64,000 nucleotides of DNA from Klebsormidium nitens. Lineage: Eukaryota > Plantae > Klebsormidiophyceae. Of this stretch, positions 1-13,101 are shown piece after piece (the stretch's first letter is position 1; every line of letters starts with the position of its first letter). Position numbers and translations under genes: made by a program. Below the pieces are notes generated by a model. It saw nothing but the letters and a program-made list of their open reading frames with translations, made no database searches and was not told the origin of the DNA. The DNA lies in NCBI GenBank assembly GCA_000708835.1, contig DF237040.1, positions 62,001 to 126,000 of the forward strand, written 5' to 3'.

Positions 1-623
1 ATGCACTCTTATGATAACAGGGTTCCAGCTCTGAGCTCTGCATCCATATGCACAAGCTTGCTAGCGAGAGGACACCACATGCACAGACGTGAGCAAACTT
101 GCAGTCTGGACGGCAAAAGAAGGAGAGGCGCACCGATCGAACCTTCTGCATGAACATTGCGCAACTGATACGGTATGCACGCCGTGGCGTGGTGTCCAGG
201 TCCTCGGAACCGAATGCCTGGCCGGTGGAGACTCCCGGGCAAACATGTACCCCGCTGCATCGTTGATTGGATTTGCTGCTTCCATGTGATTGTCCGATGA
301 GGCGCTGGATAGCCCGGTGATCCTCCGGGAGAGCATGCACGTGCGCGTCATGCTTCAGACCAGATGCACTGCACCTACCACACTGCGGTGCCAAAGTTTC
401 CAGTCGACTCAATGATTGGAATAGGAGGCGGAACTAAATGCTGGTGTCAGAACGAGCTCGGCCGTACGGCCTTCCGGCTTTTTGCCAAATTGTGCAACTA
501 TAGCATCCGAAGCGCGGCCGCGGCTTGGACGGTCACCGTTGGGGGCGGCCGGGCCGCCCGCGGGCGCCGGACAGGCCGCGCTCACTGTATAGTATATGCA
601 CTTCCTCTCACCAACTTAGATTA

Positions 624-635
624 CAACAACAACAA
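624..635. repeat. (AAC)4 microsatellite
   Basis: Sequence reads acaacaacaacaac. Confidence 0.6.
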
Positions 636-1293
636 CGATATAAACAATAGTTCGCTGGCCAAGCCAACTCAAAGTCGGGCAGTGAGTGCCACAGCACCTC
701 AGATACTAGCATGTCGAGCGGGAGGGGCATGAGTCGCATGACGCATCAAAGATGCTGCATGTGCATGGTACTAACAATATTCATGCCCGGTTCGATGCAA
801 ACGATCGAAAGAATCAATCCTGAGTTCTGAAAATGCTTTCAATCAATATGCGCGCCGGCCCGCGACAAAACAGTGCGCTAGATCCAATTTCATCATGTGT
901 GGTATAGGGTAGTACGCGACTACACCAAATTGCTTCTTTTGAGCATGTGCAGCTAGCTTAGTTTGCAATAGCGCGTGGCCAAATGGCACCCAAATAAGTT
1001 GACCTAGCCCTTTGGCTAGTGCAGATTTGGCGCTGCACTTGATTGCATTAACATACATACCGAGCTGCATGACCATCGGCCCCTTTGTACAATCGCATGT
1101 TGGAGTGGAATACGAGCTTCCAACGTGGTACGTGGGAACCTAGACTCAACAGTGACAGAAGTTTTTTGATGCATCAGATCGCCAACATGACAGAAGTCGA
1201 GCCAAGCGACCAAAGGCGTCTTGTATGGTTCCGAAAGTAGCTAAAGAAATGCTCCATCACTCTCGAGTGCGCTACTTGGCGCACAGATGGGGA

Positions 1294-1325
1294 CCCTATA
1301 CTGACCCTATATCGACCCTATATCG
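1294..1325. repeat. Short tandem repeat, GACCCTATA x3
   Basis: gaccctatactgaccctatatcgaccctatatcg, downstream of the four-TM gene. Confidence 0.7.
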
Positions 1326-1621
1326 TACATTTTGAAGCAGGACACGAACCCTCTCCGCCCCCTCTATCCGTCTTTGGTTCACAGTCTCGAGCTCCGGCCC
1401 CCACAACCCCATTCTTATTTCTTCTGCCGACCTTGTTCCGGAACCCCCCTCAAGGGGCAACCGACAACCCTCCCAACCGAATCCCCCGACCCCTCTCCGA
1501 GTGTCAAACTACGACTCGCCGCACGCATCCCCCAAACCCTCTCAGGGCTTGACCGAGACCTCCCGACCGCCCCCCCAAACCCCTAAAAACGGCCTCCCAA
1601 CCGCGTCCCCCGGGGGATCCC

Positions 1622-4600
1622 TCAAAGCGCATACGGCGACCTCCCGAGCTCCACGTCCTTGGCCGGGTCCGGCGCGTCACTGTACTTGGCCCGCATCTGG
1701 TCGCCCAAAATCTGCGCCTTGGATTGTTGGCGCTCTTCATTATCGCGGCCCTTCCATGGCACCCAGCCCCGCTTGGGCGGCAAGTGCTTGAAGCGGCGCC
1801 CGGTGGCCGGGTCGATCTTGTCCACCGGGAGCGGCGCGCGCTGACAGCTGTACACCATGCACGCGAGCACGAACGCCACGGCCTGCAGAGCAAAGAATGC
1901 AAATCGAAGATGAGACACGAGGGTCAAATCCCCTTAAGGGTACCTTAAAATTATTCTTAGGGATGCACGTGTTGGTGATGCTAAGAGCTGTACACAAAAG
2001 GTTCACTTGTGGTGACTTTGCAGACAAGCACGAACGCCACTGCCTGCATTCAAACCTCCGTGTAAAGGAGATGGAGCAGAGATCTGATTCATAAGTAGAC
2101 GGTCTCTGTGAGAACGTTGACAGCCCCATACCAAAGCACGAACGCTAACGCCCGCAGAGCAGACGACCAGATTCCCAGAGGCGAGGAGGTCATGGAGATT
2201 GACGGGTGATGACAGTGACAGCTGTATAACGTGCGTGGGAGAAGGAGCAACCGCCTGAGAAGAGGGAGACCGAGAGTAGAGGCCATTTGATGTTTCGATA
2301 GACATGTGGAAGGAGTTCGACAGGTGTACCCAAAGCATGCGAGTACAGCACGACAGGATGCTGGGAAAGGAAGTGGCATGTCCGGATAGAAACGGAGCAA
2401 AGAGAGAAGGAAACGGATGACGAAAGAATAACAGGAAAGCACCAAGGTTTCTACCCTGAACCCAAACGGAACGCCGTCATGTGCGGAGGAAGCTGTCGTG
2501 ATCGGGCAATACTGCGGATGTTAGTGCAAGCCCTGACTTGCGCTTATATGACGATGCGGTGTGCGCACTCCGGCAAAATTCGAAACAGATGTCAAGGTGA
2601 ATTTCAGCAGTTTGACAAACTACGCTAATGAACGTCCGAGGGTTTGTGTATGCAGCCTGACAGGGTTCAATCACCGGAATCAAAGCTCAGCGACGATACA
2701 ATCAAGAGCAGGTTGTCTGCCAAACAATTTGCAATTTTGTGAAGAAACGACGCCTCAGCTCAAGATTCCTACGACAGACCAAGCCGGATATGCAACAAAG
2801 GCTGGCAGAGCGAGCTAGCCCGATTCTATGGCCTTCGCCCAAGCTTTCGAGAATTACAGAGTCATTGCGGAACACGACCTGGACATGCGAGCGTTTTGGA
2901 CGCCGCTTTGCAGACATACTCTCGCTGGGACACCGCGACTTGTTGCGGAAACAACGGAAACAAAAAGGACGAGAAATCGGTAGCGGTCTTTGAGCCTCAC
3001 ACAAAAATCTTCAGAATCAGGTTAGAGGAATTTCAGGAATTACAACAGCTCTGTGGCTTCAGATTTTGTTTCTACTGACAATCCCGTCAGGCTTGTCCCG
3101 CTGGAAGGTTCAGACTCTCGCGTGACACGCCCTATCTCAAAAAATGTGGCGCAAGAAGTTCGACCGTGGGGTGAAGTGCGGGAGGTTGCTCCGGTTTATC
3201 TACACAAAGCAGCTACTCGGGCATCTACGCCCACCATGGGCCCCCAAACCAGTCGGATTCTGTGTCACACCCACTTTCCCAAAGTGTCACCCACGGGCAG
3301 GGTTGACGAAAACTCCAGTACCTCGAACCAGACCAGTGTTGCGGACTCATGGCCAAAACCCGCCAGAAAAGTAGACCCACAAACACACGGACGAGCAGAG
3401 ATCAGAAACTGTACATGTACGTCAGTACATACCTCAAGGGCGCAGACGGCGATCATGAACCACGCAAGACTCCTGGCTTGGTTCCGGCTGATGTGGTAGT
3501 GCCCCGTGCCGTTCAGGCGGGCCGCCATCTTGCTGGTGTCAGCAAACGTCACCATGGCCGTCGCAAACAGGCCGACGCAGCCAATGGGAAGCAGGATCGC
3601 CTGCAGGTAAAGCAGGAGGTTATAGGACGGGTTGAAGAAATGGGTTAAGGAGGAAATTGGAGCAGCACGAAAAGGGACGAGAGGAAAAGATATGCGAGGG
3701 CTTTGAGAGCGAGCATCAGAAGAGGTCGAGGAACAGGTTTAAGAACGGAGGCGAGCAGAACATTTGAGGTCAGTTGTAGGCACGGCTTCAAAGAAGAGGT
3801 CTTGGCCAAAGTTACCCAGGCTTGGAAACAGGTTAGAAACCTGTTTGACAACAGCTCTAGAGCCATCTGACCCCAAGGTTGGGACCACATTTGAGGACGT
3901 GTTTGAGAACGGAGTTTATGAATGGCGTTTGACACATGATAATGACAAATAATGCCAGTATCCCATAGCTCTCCCTGAACAGGCAACCCCAAAAACCTCG
4001 TTCTGAATTTGCCAACACCTTGCCCAACATGCTTCATCATTGCTTTCCCTTTGCAACGTCGCACAAGGTACCGGCGCTTGAAAGGCAAGAGGTTACTCAC
4101 ATGTACTGCAAACATGCCATAGCTCTTCCTCGGCTTAACGAACAGCCCAGTGAGGCCGATCACGATGGTCACTATTCCAAGCACAATGAAGCCCCATCCG
4201 GTGATCCATGTGGGCGTCTTAGCGAGCGCGAAGACCAGCACGATCAGTAGAATGCCTGCAGAGAAAAGGTTCACAATTTAAGACCAATAATTGTTGGCGC
4301 TTCTCAAAGCGAACCAAAATACCAAGAAAAAGGAATGGCAGTCGTCTGATGCTGCCATTGCGGTCGGTAGAGTGACGCCTGCAAAACACTTAAAGGATGA
4401 GAAATAAGGTGCAGATAGGTGGTGGTAGAAAGTCCAGGGATGATTGTTTGCAAGTTGACGAGTCACCACCACAATGTTAAACTTATAGTGTTTTGGCGGA
4501 TAAAGTGTGCCCAGACTGTCCAAGTGCAAGTCTACCACTGAACATACAGGAAAAGGGCAAAAGAGAGGAGAACGGGGAACTGATTTTGTGTAGAATAGAA

Positions 4601-5709
4601 CAGCATGAATTTTGCAGCTCAACATCAATCTCCACTTCCAGCATCCGTTCGGTTAAGTCAAATCATTGCTTTTGACACAGAGATTGAGGCCTCTGACCTT
4701 CGGACCATTCAGAACATTGGCCCACTTTAAAAGCGCCCTTTGAAATGCATTTGCTTGGATGCTCTCCGCAGACAATCTTTGACCGTGGCCGCTAAAGCAG
4801 AGTGAGGCCGAAAAAGTAAACAAAAAGTTTTGCCTCCCACGGTATCACAGACCGCAACTTGACATGCCTTGTGCAATGGCCCCGTCTATCTTTCTCGGGA
4901 CGGGTGCCTTCATGATTAAAATGCCCAAGAGATTACCTTTTGAAATCAGTAAGGGGACAGGGAAAGATAGGTCAGCATGCGACCAATTACAAAAACACAG
5001 TCCTTGTTCCATTGTGGATAAGAATTCCACTCTTGATGCAATCGCAAGATAACTTCTCCGGTTGAAACACTCTGGGTAATGGTGACACCTGCTGCTTGGA
5101 ATGATGCATTTGGCAACAAGAAATGTGAGCTTTCCGTTTGTGGAAAACTTTGATGCATGTCAACATCGCACTCGCAATCAAAGTCCAACATTTAGGAAGG
5201 GGCATCTCCACGTCCGAGAGCATTTTTCAAGATGGGCAAAACGACAACCACATGCAAACCAGATCTTTTGAACCACACCTTCGTAACCTGTCGTCATTCA
5301 CCATATCAAACACGTGACCAATGGCGAAATGCTGGGCACTCTATAAGGCGAGGACTCTGCGGGATCCAGCAACTTTCTCACCTTTCAGCTCTTTGCATAA
5401 AGAAATCAGCAACACACTACAGATCTTGGATGTTCATATCAAAAATCCGCAATGCGCTGCAAATTGCCCTACTGAAGAGTCTCTGCTCGTTTTGGCCTGG
5501 TTACAGTGATAGGTACAAAAGTGAAGGGTAAGACCCATGCTTCCTCAATGTACACCTTCCACAGTGGGCCTACAATCCAGGAGCAAAATGGTATGCAGTC
5601 TGACTTGCCAAAGTCATCTTCAGTCCTGCTCACCTGAGATGACGATGAGAGCGTTAAGGATGCGCAGGAGCGAGACGCCTGAGTCCTGGACACACCGATG
5701 CATGCCCAT
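1622..5709 (-). CDS. TOM2A-like / tetraspanin-like four-transmembrane protein, 219 aa, 4 exons
   Basis: Exons 5709-5634, 4255-4101, 3600-3433 and 1882-1622 have GT-AG boundaries and join in frame (660 nt). Four hydrophobic segments: LLRILNALIVISGILLIVLVFAL, WGFIVLGIVTIVIGLTGLF, AILLPIGCVGLFATAMVTFA and LAWFMIAVCALEAVAFVLACMVY. The C-terminal QMRAKY resembles the RMREKY motif I recall from plant TOM2A-like proteins. Confidence 0.75.
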
Positions 5710-6336
5710 GGCTGCTCTGGCGCTTTGCAACCTCCCAGGGTGATTTCTGACCAAAAACCCTTGTGCCCTCACTCCCCTCGCTTCCACTATGGTCAAACTT
5801 GTCACCCGGAAGAGTTCCAAGCAAAAGGCTCTGCCTTGCTGCAAGCAATGTCTTCAGGGGCTGAATGAGCACGCCTTGCTCTCTGCGCCAAGAGGAGAGG
5901 GGTACCTAGTATGAACGAAGAATGGAGGACTGCCTCGGAGCTCTTGGCGCCCCAAGGTTGTGGCGCGAGCTGCCTTCGAAGAATGCCGCCTGTGAGGTTG
6001 CATGCAAAGCTTGCGAGATCTCGAATCTTGCAAGTGTGAAAACGCACGTCTTCCCCCACGCGTGTCCACTCAAAGGGCGGAGCAGCGCGTCTTCACACCT
6101 GCCTCTCCTGAACAGAGCTGGGGATCCCTGCACGATCGACGTCTTGCAATATTACTTAAGCCAGGACCGTCCGTTAACCCTCGTTTTTCGCGCTCCAGGG
6201 TACCCGTATCTCTCGGAACCATCAAATTTAACCTCGTGGTTATTGCAGAGCTCAAACAAACCCCTGCATTTTCACCAGCTGATCTCAGGCTCAGCTTTGC
6301 AGAAGTGTATTGGTGGTGAAAGGCGGCGGATTCGCC

Positions 6337-9300
6337 ATGGCTTCCCAGCAGGACCCTCAGGCCCGGCCCGCTGCCACGATGGAGAGCAAAATTGCCCCCA
6401 AGCGGCCCCTTGAGAGCAGTCCCTCTGGAGGCGGTGACGCGAACAAACCTGCAATGAAACTGCAAAAGCTGGACCTCCCTCCCGCAAGTGCACCACCTCC
6501 TAAGCAAGATCCTATCAGCAGAGGGATAACGCCAGCTAACCTGTCTGCACCTATGGCTGACGTCAGAGCTGGCGGTGTGCCGCAAAGGCAGCCAGAGGCA
6601 GCTGGTAATGCGGGGCTGTTGCATCCTACAGCGGAGAAGCCAAAAGCGCCACTAGGGATTGGAAAAGATGCGCCGGTTGGAGTGTCCAATGAGGGAAAGA
6701 AGAGCCCTGCAGTTGGGGAGCAATTAAAACCTTTGGTGGAGAGCAAAAAGGCGGATGCGGCGGAGGTTAAAGGAGCGCCACCGCCAATTGAGCCTGTGAA
6801 GTTGTTGAAACCCGTGGAAGAACCTGCAAAAGCCTCAAAGCCTGAAGCGGCTGAAGTGCCGAAAAATGGAGATGAGAGCAAAGGGGGAGCCAAGGAAGGA
6901 GCAGAGGGAGGGAAAGAGGATGCTGGGAGGAAGGAGGGTGCCGCAGAGGAGGGAGGAGAGAAAGAATCGCTAGGGTTGGCGGGAAGGAGAATTCTAAGGC
7001 CCCGTCAGGCGTCGGCGCCTCCCCAGGGACAGCGCTCGAGGCTGAGGCACCGAGACGGAGAGGCAGGGTAAGTGACACATTGAAATCATATAGTGCGTAA
7101 GCTCAATTGTTTCGTCTCAGAAAGGCTTGCATTTCGCCTGTTTTAGCTGAAGTTGGAGAGCAGCACATACAAAGCTCTTGCTTTTTGACATCATCTTCAA
7201 GCATATACGAATGGCGCCGTGGATGGTGTTGGGTTGAGTGCGCAGAAGCGCGAGTTGTTTCGACAGAATCTTGCTGTAATTATCATCTCTGCATCAAACG
7301 TATTCCCACAAGTCTGCCAATTGCATTGATTGCAAGTGGTACAACGTATGAAAATGTGGGGTGATGGTACATACTTTGAGAGTATGTGTGAGCAACTCAG
7401 CACTTTGTTGCTCTGCAAATTCTGTTCAGATGCTCCATCCAGTATTGTAATTCCTGACACACTCTTGCGTCTCCTTGCAGATCTCCAGGTATGACACACT
7501 TGTCGGCAGCCCCTGATGTCGATTCGTCTAGTCGCAATCTTCTCTTTCTAAACTATCCTTTCTTTTTCCGACTGGAAAGTGAAACGGCACTGGCAATTGG
7601 CAAGGATAAGACAGTGTGGGATCTAGAGCACACTGGATTACTTTTGGAAGTACCCATGGTTCTACTTGCTTCAACGGTTGAACTGAGAAGGGTGGAAGTT
7701 TCCTTCTTCTTTTGCGCTCGCTTGGAGTCTGTTGGGGCTTCGTCATGCTTTTGGGCAATTGTTGAGTTTCCGCCTTTGACAACGCTCTCCCCTCCCCAGT
7801 GCTCATGAACACCCGTACCTGTTTTGCTAGTCCATTCCATGCATCACAGAAAGGGCATGCGCTTCATTCAGTATGTTGCGAACCTGAGTTTCAGAACCTC
7901 AATACAAGTGAAATTAGAAACAAAGGGGAAAAGAGTCTTGTTACATTCATCAGGGCTCCCGTTTTGAGCTAGACACAATGTGTGCTGCTCTGAACAGACA
8001 GGGAGAACGTTTGATAAGCCACTCTTGCCTGTTGGTGGAAAGAGCGGGCGAGACAGTGGCGACTTGCGCAATAATTGCCTTTGCTGATTGCTGCTGCTAT
8101 TTCAGTGACGACATGAAGCAAGCAACCAACGATCAGGCACCTAGCCTCCGCAACAGTCAGGATATATTCAATTGAAACTTAAGGTTGAACCACAGCTTGT
8201 CTTGAAGAAAGGGAACAAATGAAAGGAAGGCCTGCAGAGTCCGATCTTCTAGAGGGTTGAGTTATCCAAATCTACCCCATACTGTTTTGCGCGGTACTGG
8301 ATCCCACTTGCTTTGCAAATTGGTAGAAATCGGTTGTGGTCACACCCTACCGTGGGAACGGATTGTATTGGGCCAGATCACATCCTAGATCACAAGAAAC
8401 ATATCTGTCAACATATTCAACGCCCTATCCAACCATCGTCCAGATACAATCTGCGCAATGCTGGACCATTGCGTGCTCTTACAAAAAGAAAACCGGCCAG
8501 CGGTATTTGCACTTTTGCAACGGTAGATGTTAGATGCTTCACCATGTCTGTATACAGGATTGGACCACAGTCTGCTTTACAAGGAAGGAACAGGCGTGCC
8601 GGAGCTTGGAGCCACATATGACAGCTCACCCGAGGGTGACGTTGAGGGAAAGAACCTGGTGGAGGTGCGGATTCCGCCGGAGGCAATTACTCTCGCAAAC
8701 AAGCAGGTGAGGACATCGTTGGTGTGAATTCCCTTTTGCTTTTGGCAGGAGTAGTCCCCCTAAACAAGCAAACGTGTGAGGATATTGTTGTTCGCAATTC
8801 TGTCAAGGGGAAGAGAGAGGACTTTTGCTCTGTGGACAGCTAATTTGAAGATGCATTTTTGGGCAGTGATTCCAGCTGTCATCAGGGAGCTAGTAGGCAA
8901 ATGAAAACGCCTTGCCTCAACTAAGGAACTATCAATGGTCTGGTTGGGAGGGCTCAACGATTACATCTGGAGGTGTGTGGCATCTTAGCGGTGTATTGTT
9001 GAGCGTTGGAGGCAAGTGTCGGTTCAAGTCTCTGCTTTATCATCAGACATGCTCGAACATTGTATGGGCAATCCGTAAAATCTCATTCTGCCGTACTGGG
9101 TCAGGACAGGACAGGACAAGAATTTGGCAAGGGCGTCGGAGGAACTAAATCCGAACCGCTTTCCTACTTTCAGGCCGTCTTAGTTGGCTCTTGCAATGAA
9201 TACTCCGAACAGGCCCAATCATACGGGGTGGTGCTTCAATCGGGCAGCATCATGTAGAATGCTGGTGAAGAGGCAAGTTCAAGGGGCCTGTGAGGACTTG

Positions 9301-12300
9301 TTGTAAGCCATTCTTAGGGCCTCCAGATCAAACCCTGATAAACCCTCGATTAACCTCAGACTAACTCCAGATTAACCCCAGATTCACCTCGGATTACCCT
9401 CACAATAACCTCAGGCTAAGTTAAACTAAACCTCCGTGTTGCAGGTCCGTGTACGTCAGCTTTGGGGAACTGACGTGTACACCGATGACTCCGATCTGGT
9501 GGCAGGTGGGCAGCGTTCCGTTCTCTAGCCTTAGACAGGTGCTCCGCAAGACTGTGTATGACGTGGACGGAGACGGAATGTCGTATCTATTTATCTGATT
9601 GGTTCTCAAGTTCCGTTTGGTTGGAGAGGCGAAGGGCAGACTTGACTACGTGAATGGAACTTTTGAAGTTTGCCGCCGGCACGCTTTGCTGGCATCACGA
9701 ACGGCCCAAGCTCAGGCCATGATTGCCGTTATTTCTCACCCTCGATGACTGCCGTTGTTTCTCGGCCCTACTCCGAGTTTGTGCCGCCATTGAGTTTGTG
9801 TCAGATCTCAGCTTTGTTCTACCAGTTTGCTTGAAGGTAGCCGTTTCTTATGCGGCCCTTTCTGTGCATCTAGATGTTACCAGCGTGCCATATTGTGTGT
9901 TGATAAAAGACCTTTTTTTCATGTCATCTTTACGACAAGATTGACAATACTTGGTATCTTCCGCTGACGCTTCCGGCTCCTCTGCAGTCCTGATGCACAC
10001 TGGCTACTACACCCCGTCTAACGCACCCCCGCCGCCGTCGGTCGCGGAACTCCGCGTGGTGGTGCGCTTGCTGCCCGCTCAGGAAGGTGTGTCTCCAAAT
10101 TGGACGTTGGTCTGCTTCATGGTTCGTTCCTTCGTTCTTTGTTCGTTTCCCTTCTCTAACCACTGAGTCATTCTTGTGCTTGCTTCTGAGCTGGTACGCG
10201 TGGCATGCTGGTGTTGTACTTATGTCCGTTCATCTCATTCGATCTCCTGTATCAAAGTGCTGTAATGTCTTAGTTCTGTCTCGAAGTCGACTCGATCTAA
10301 AAGTTCCCTAGCGGTTCAGATCGTGGCTGCGAAGTCTGAGTCCCACCTGAAGTTCGAAGTTACGATTCAAAGGCCTCTTGCATAAATCTTTATTCGCTTC
10401 CCCCAGGCTATCCCTCCAGTGCCCGCAATAACATGCGCTCACGAGCGTGGGCCGCAGCGAAGGGCGGGTGCAGCTTTCGCGTCGAGAAGTGCTGGGTGGT
10501 TAAGGCCGGGGGCGGAACGCTGGACCCAGAGCCGTCGCTGTCTCGGAACCTTGCGGCGGCGCCGACGCTTGTCCCGGCAGCAATGGAGCGGACAGTCACG
10601 ACACGTTCTTCGGCGCAGGTGGGGGACCCGACAGTTTCAAACTCGTTAGATGAGAGCTCGAAGGTTCGAAGGGTAGAGGAAAGACCCGTCAAGACGGACA
10701 CGGGCGGTCAATTGTCTGAATGTGAGATCTTTAGAGGTGCAGGCAGATGCTCAGTCATAAATGAGGGCCGTGTCCAAACGGCAGCACTATCTGCAGAAGG
10801 TGCCCGCGCAAAAAACAACGTCTTCAGTACGTTCCGAAGTGCGTCAGGATTGAGGCTATGGTTGCAACCATAGCTTCCTCCGTAATGGTATCGATTGCAG
10901 CTCCCTGCGCAGACAGCGTCGCTCCTAGGGTAAAATCTTTGAATGCATTGCTCTTTGCACAAGCAACAAGTTGGAAATAAAGTCAGTGCAAGGAAGAAGG
11001 AGCCTCTTCAAATAGGTAAGATCGATTTTTCGATTCTTCCATTTCTTGCAGGCGGCAGTCTAAGTGGCCGCTCTCTTGGCAAAGACTACACGCCCCGTAC
11101 CCGTACCCACCCGAACCCCCTAAACTATACCCATCCGTCCTAGCAATTGTTCGCTGAGCTCATGGTCTACTATCTGATGGAAATGGGAATGCTCTTGTCT
11201 TCGCAGGCGGCGTCCAACCGGCAGCGCTACCTGCAAGAAGTGACGGTGCAGTACAACCTGTGCAACGAGCCGTGGCTCAAATACAGCCTCAGCGCCGTCG
11301 CCGACCGCGGCCTCAAGCCGTCCCAGTTCACATCGTCGCGCCTCAAGAAGGGCGACGTGCTCTACGTGGAGACCCAGACCAGCAGGTGTGAATGCACTCT
11401 CCCTTGCTCCTGGACTGTGTATCATTGGTCCGCCCCCCTTTTGAATTGACTTCGAAATGCTCTGCAACGTGGTAAACGGTTGAAGTTTTTGAGCTCCCGG
11501 GACGAGAGCGCTCGAACAGTGCGTTGAAAGCGTAGGTTTCCCGTTGCTGTATCGACGTTGTAGTTGACCTGCTTAGACATGAATGAAATGTTACGTAGAC
11601 GGTGCTTTGGCATTTGTCTGCTAATATCAGAGCCGTTTTGGGAACACGACTTCCGTCAGCATCATCTTAGACACCCACAGGCCACTTGCTTTGCCTGAAA
11701 GAATGTTGCTTCTCGTGAACCGTTGGTCAACTGCTGAAATGCTCCCACTGATGTCGATTAGACGGAGTGGTTGCTTCTTTGTTAGTAACTGGGCGAAAAA
11801 TCTCGTACTCGTGATAGAACGCCTGGGTTTTTGAGGGACGTGATTCTATCCATGCTTGGGCATAGGTAAAGCCTTAAAACTGATTTTTGATGTACCAACA
11901 GCGGGGCCGTCAATAAAAAGCTAGTTGATTTCCAGACTCGCTTGATCCATCTTGCAGACCGTGAAGATATTCATCGTGCTTCACTTCGACACAGTCGCAC
12001 AGCCCAATCCTTCTCCGCATGCTTTTCAAGGCTCTTCCCCTTACTGGATTCTTCTGGTTTTTCTGAACCCCCATTTTTACTCTGTTTCTCCTCTCCAGGT
12101 TCGAGATCTCGTACGTCGATCAAGCGGCCACCGCCAACGGGAACGTTGCAACGTCAGCCCCCCTGGCGCTCCCCACGTCAGCATCCAGCAGCCGGCCCTC
12201 CTCCAGCCACGGGCTTATTCACACCCTGCACGCCCCAAGAGCCTCCTTGGAGCGGCCAGGCACACCGCAGCACGAGCAGCCCACGTATGATGGCGAGAAG

Positions 12301-13101
12301 TACCGGTTTGCGAGGTGTAAACGGGCGCTTCCGCTGGGGGTCATGCGAAAGAAGGGGATCCCCCTGCCGGCGGAAGAGCTCGAGGTGAGCAATACCCCTC
12401 TGATCGCAGGCTCCTGTCAGGGCGGCTAAGCTGAATTGTGAGCTTTGGTCCTTTTTCCGAGTTTTCGGGCACACAATGCTGAGCAATTGTTCAGATACCC
12501 AGATTATCACCCCGCTAATCGCTAGGTGTTCGCCGGGCACGCTGTTTTGGCTTTTGGTCTTTGTAACCGATTTTCGCTGACGTGGGCGGTCAACAATGAC
12601 TTCGCTCGACTGCCGCGAAACCCCCTTTGCTCGGACTAAGGCGTTGTGATGGGCGTCGTTGCTCACATGCCTCCAGATCCCCTGTGGATTGTCTGGGCTG
12701 CTGAAATTTCCGACTTGAACAGCGTCTCTTCGGGTTTGAGACAAAGGTTTCAGAATACTCGAGGACTGGTTATGCTAATCTAAATGAGACGGCGACCTGG
12801 GAGTGGCAGTTTCACTAGAGGCTGTCAGCCTGGGAATACTGCCAAAGAGTGTCAACATAGAAGGGAAGGGTCTCCAGCAGCGATCACTTACCCATGCTGA
12901 CGACAGGCTTCTTAACATATCGCACAGAAGTAGAAGACGCTTTAGCTGCTCATGACTTTGTGCCGTGTTCTACAGGTATTGGAGGACGGTATCCTCTGGG
13001 AGAGCATTGAGTGGTCGCCTTCGGCTGTGTGGGTCCGGGGTAAAGAGCATCCTTTGACACGACTACAGTTCATGAGTCGGATTGTCCCAGTTGGATCATA
13101 G
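6337..13101 (+). CDS. HDC1: Histone deacetylase complex 1 / RXT3-like protein, about 616 aa, 9 exons
   Basis: Exons 6337-7067, 7481-7488 (inferred microexon), 8558-8706, 9445-9505, 9988-10086, 10407-10618, 11207-11385, 12099-12384 and 12976-13101 total 1851 nt in frame. Motifs EVRIPPE..NKQVRVRQLWGTDVYTDDSDLVAVLMHTGY, MRSRAW, EVTVQYNLCNEPWLKYS and RLKKGDVLYVET match plant HDC1 and the Rxt3 domain. Confidence 0.92.
9330..9416. repeat. Degenerate ~11-bp tandem repeat (ATTAACCYCAG-like) in an HDC1 intron
   Basis: ttaacctcaga ctaactccaga ttaaccccaga ttcacctcgga ttaccctcaca ataacctcagg. Confidence 0.65.

Noticed and set aside
560-600. TA-CAGTG..CGGCC motif (minus strand) as a Tc1/mariner end, with similar words at ~36350 and ~46095
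   Set aside because: No matching opposite terminus or transposase in the window, and the similarity is too short.
6357-6893. Long antisense ORFs (also 42137-42721, 54435-54785 and 38296-38709)
   Set aside because: These are shadows of GC-rich coding exons on the opposite strand.
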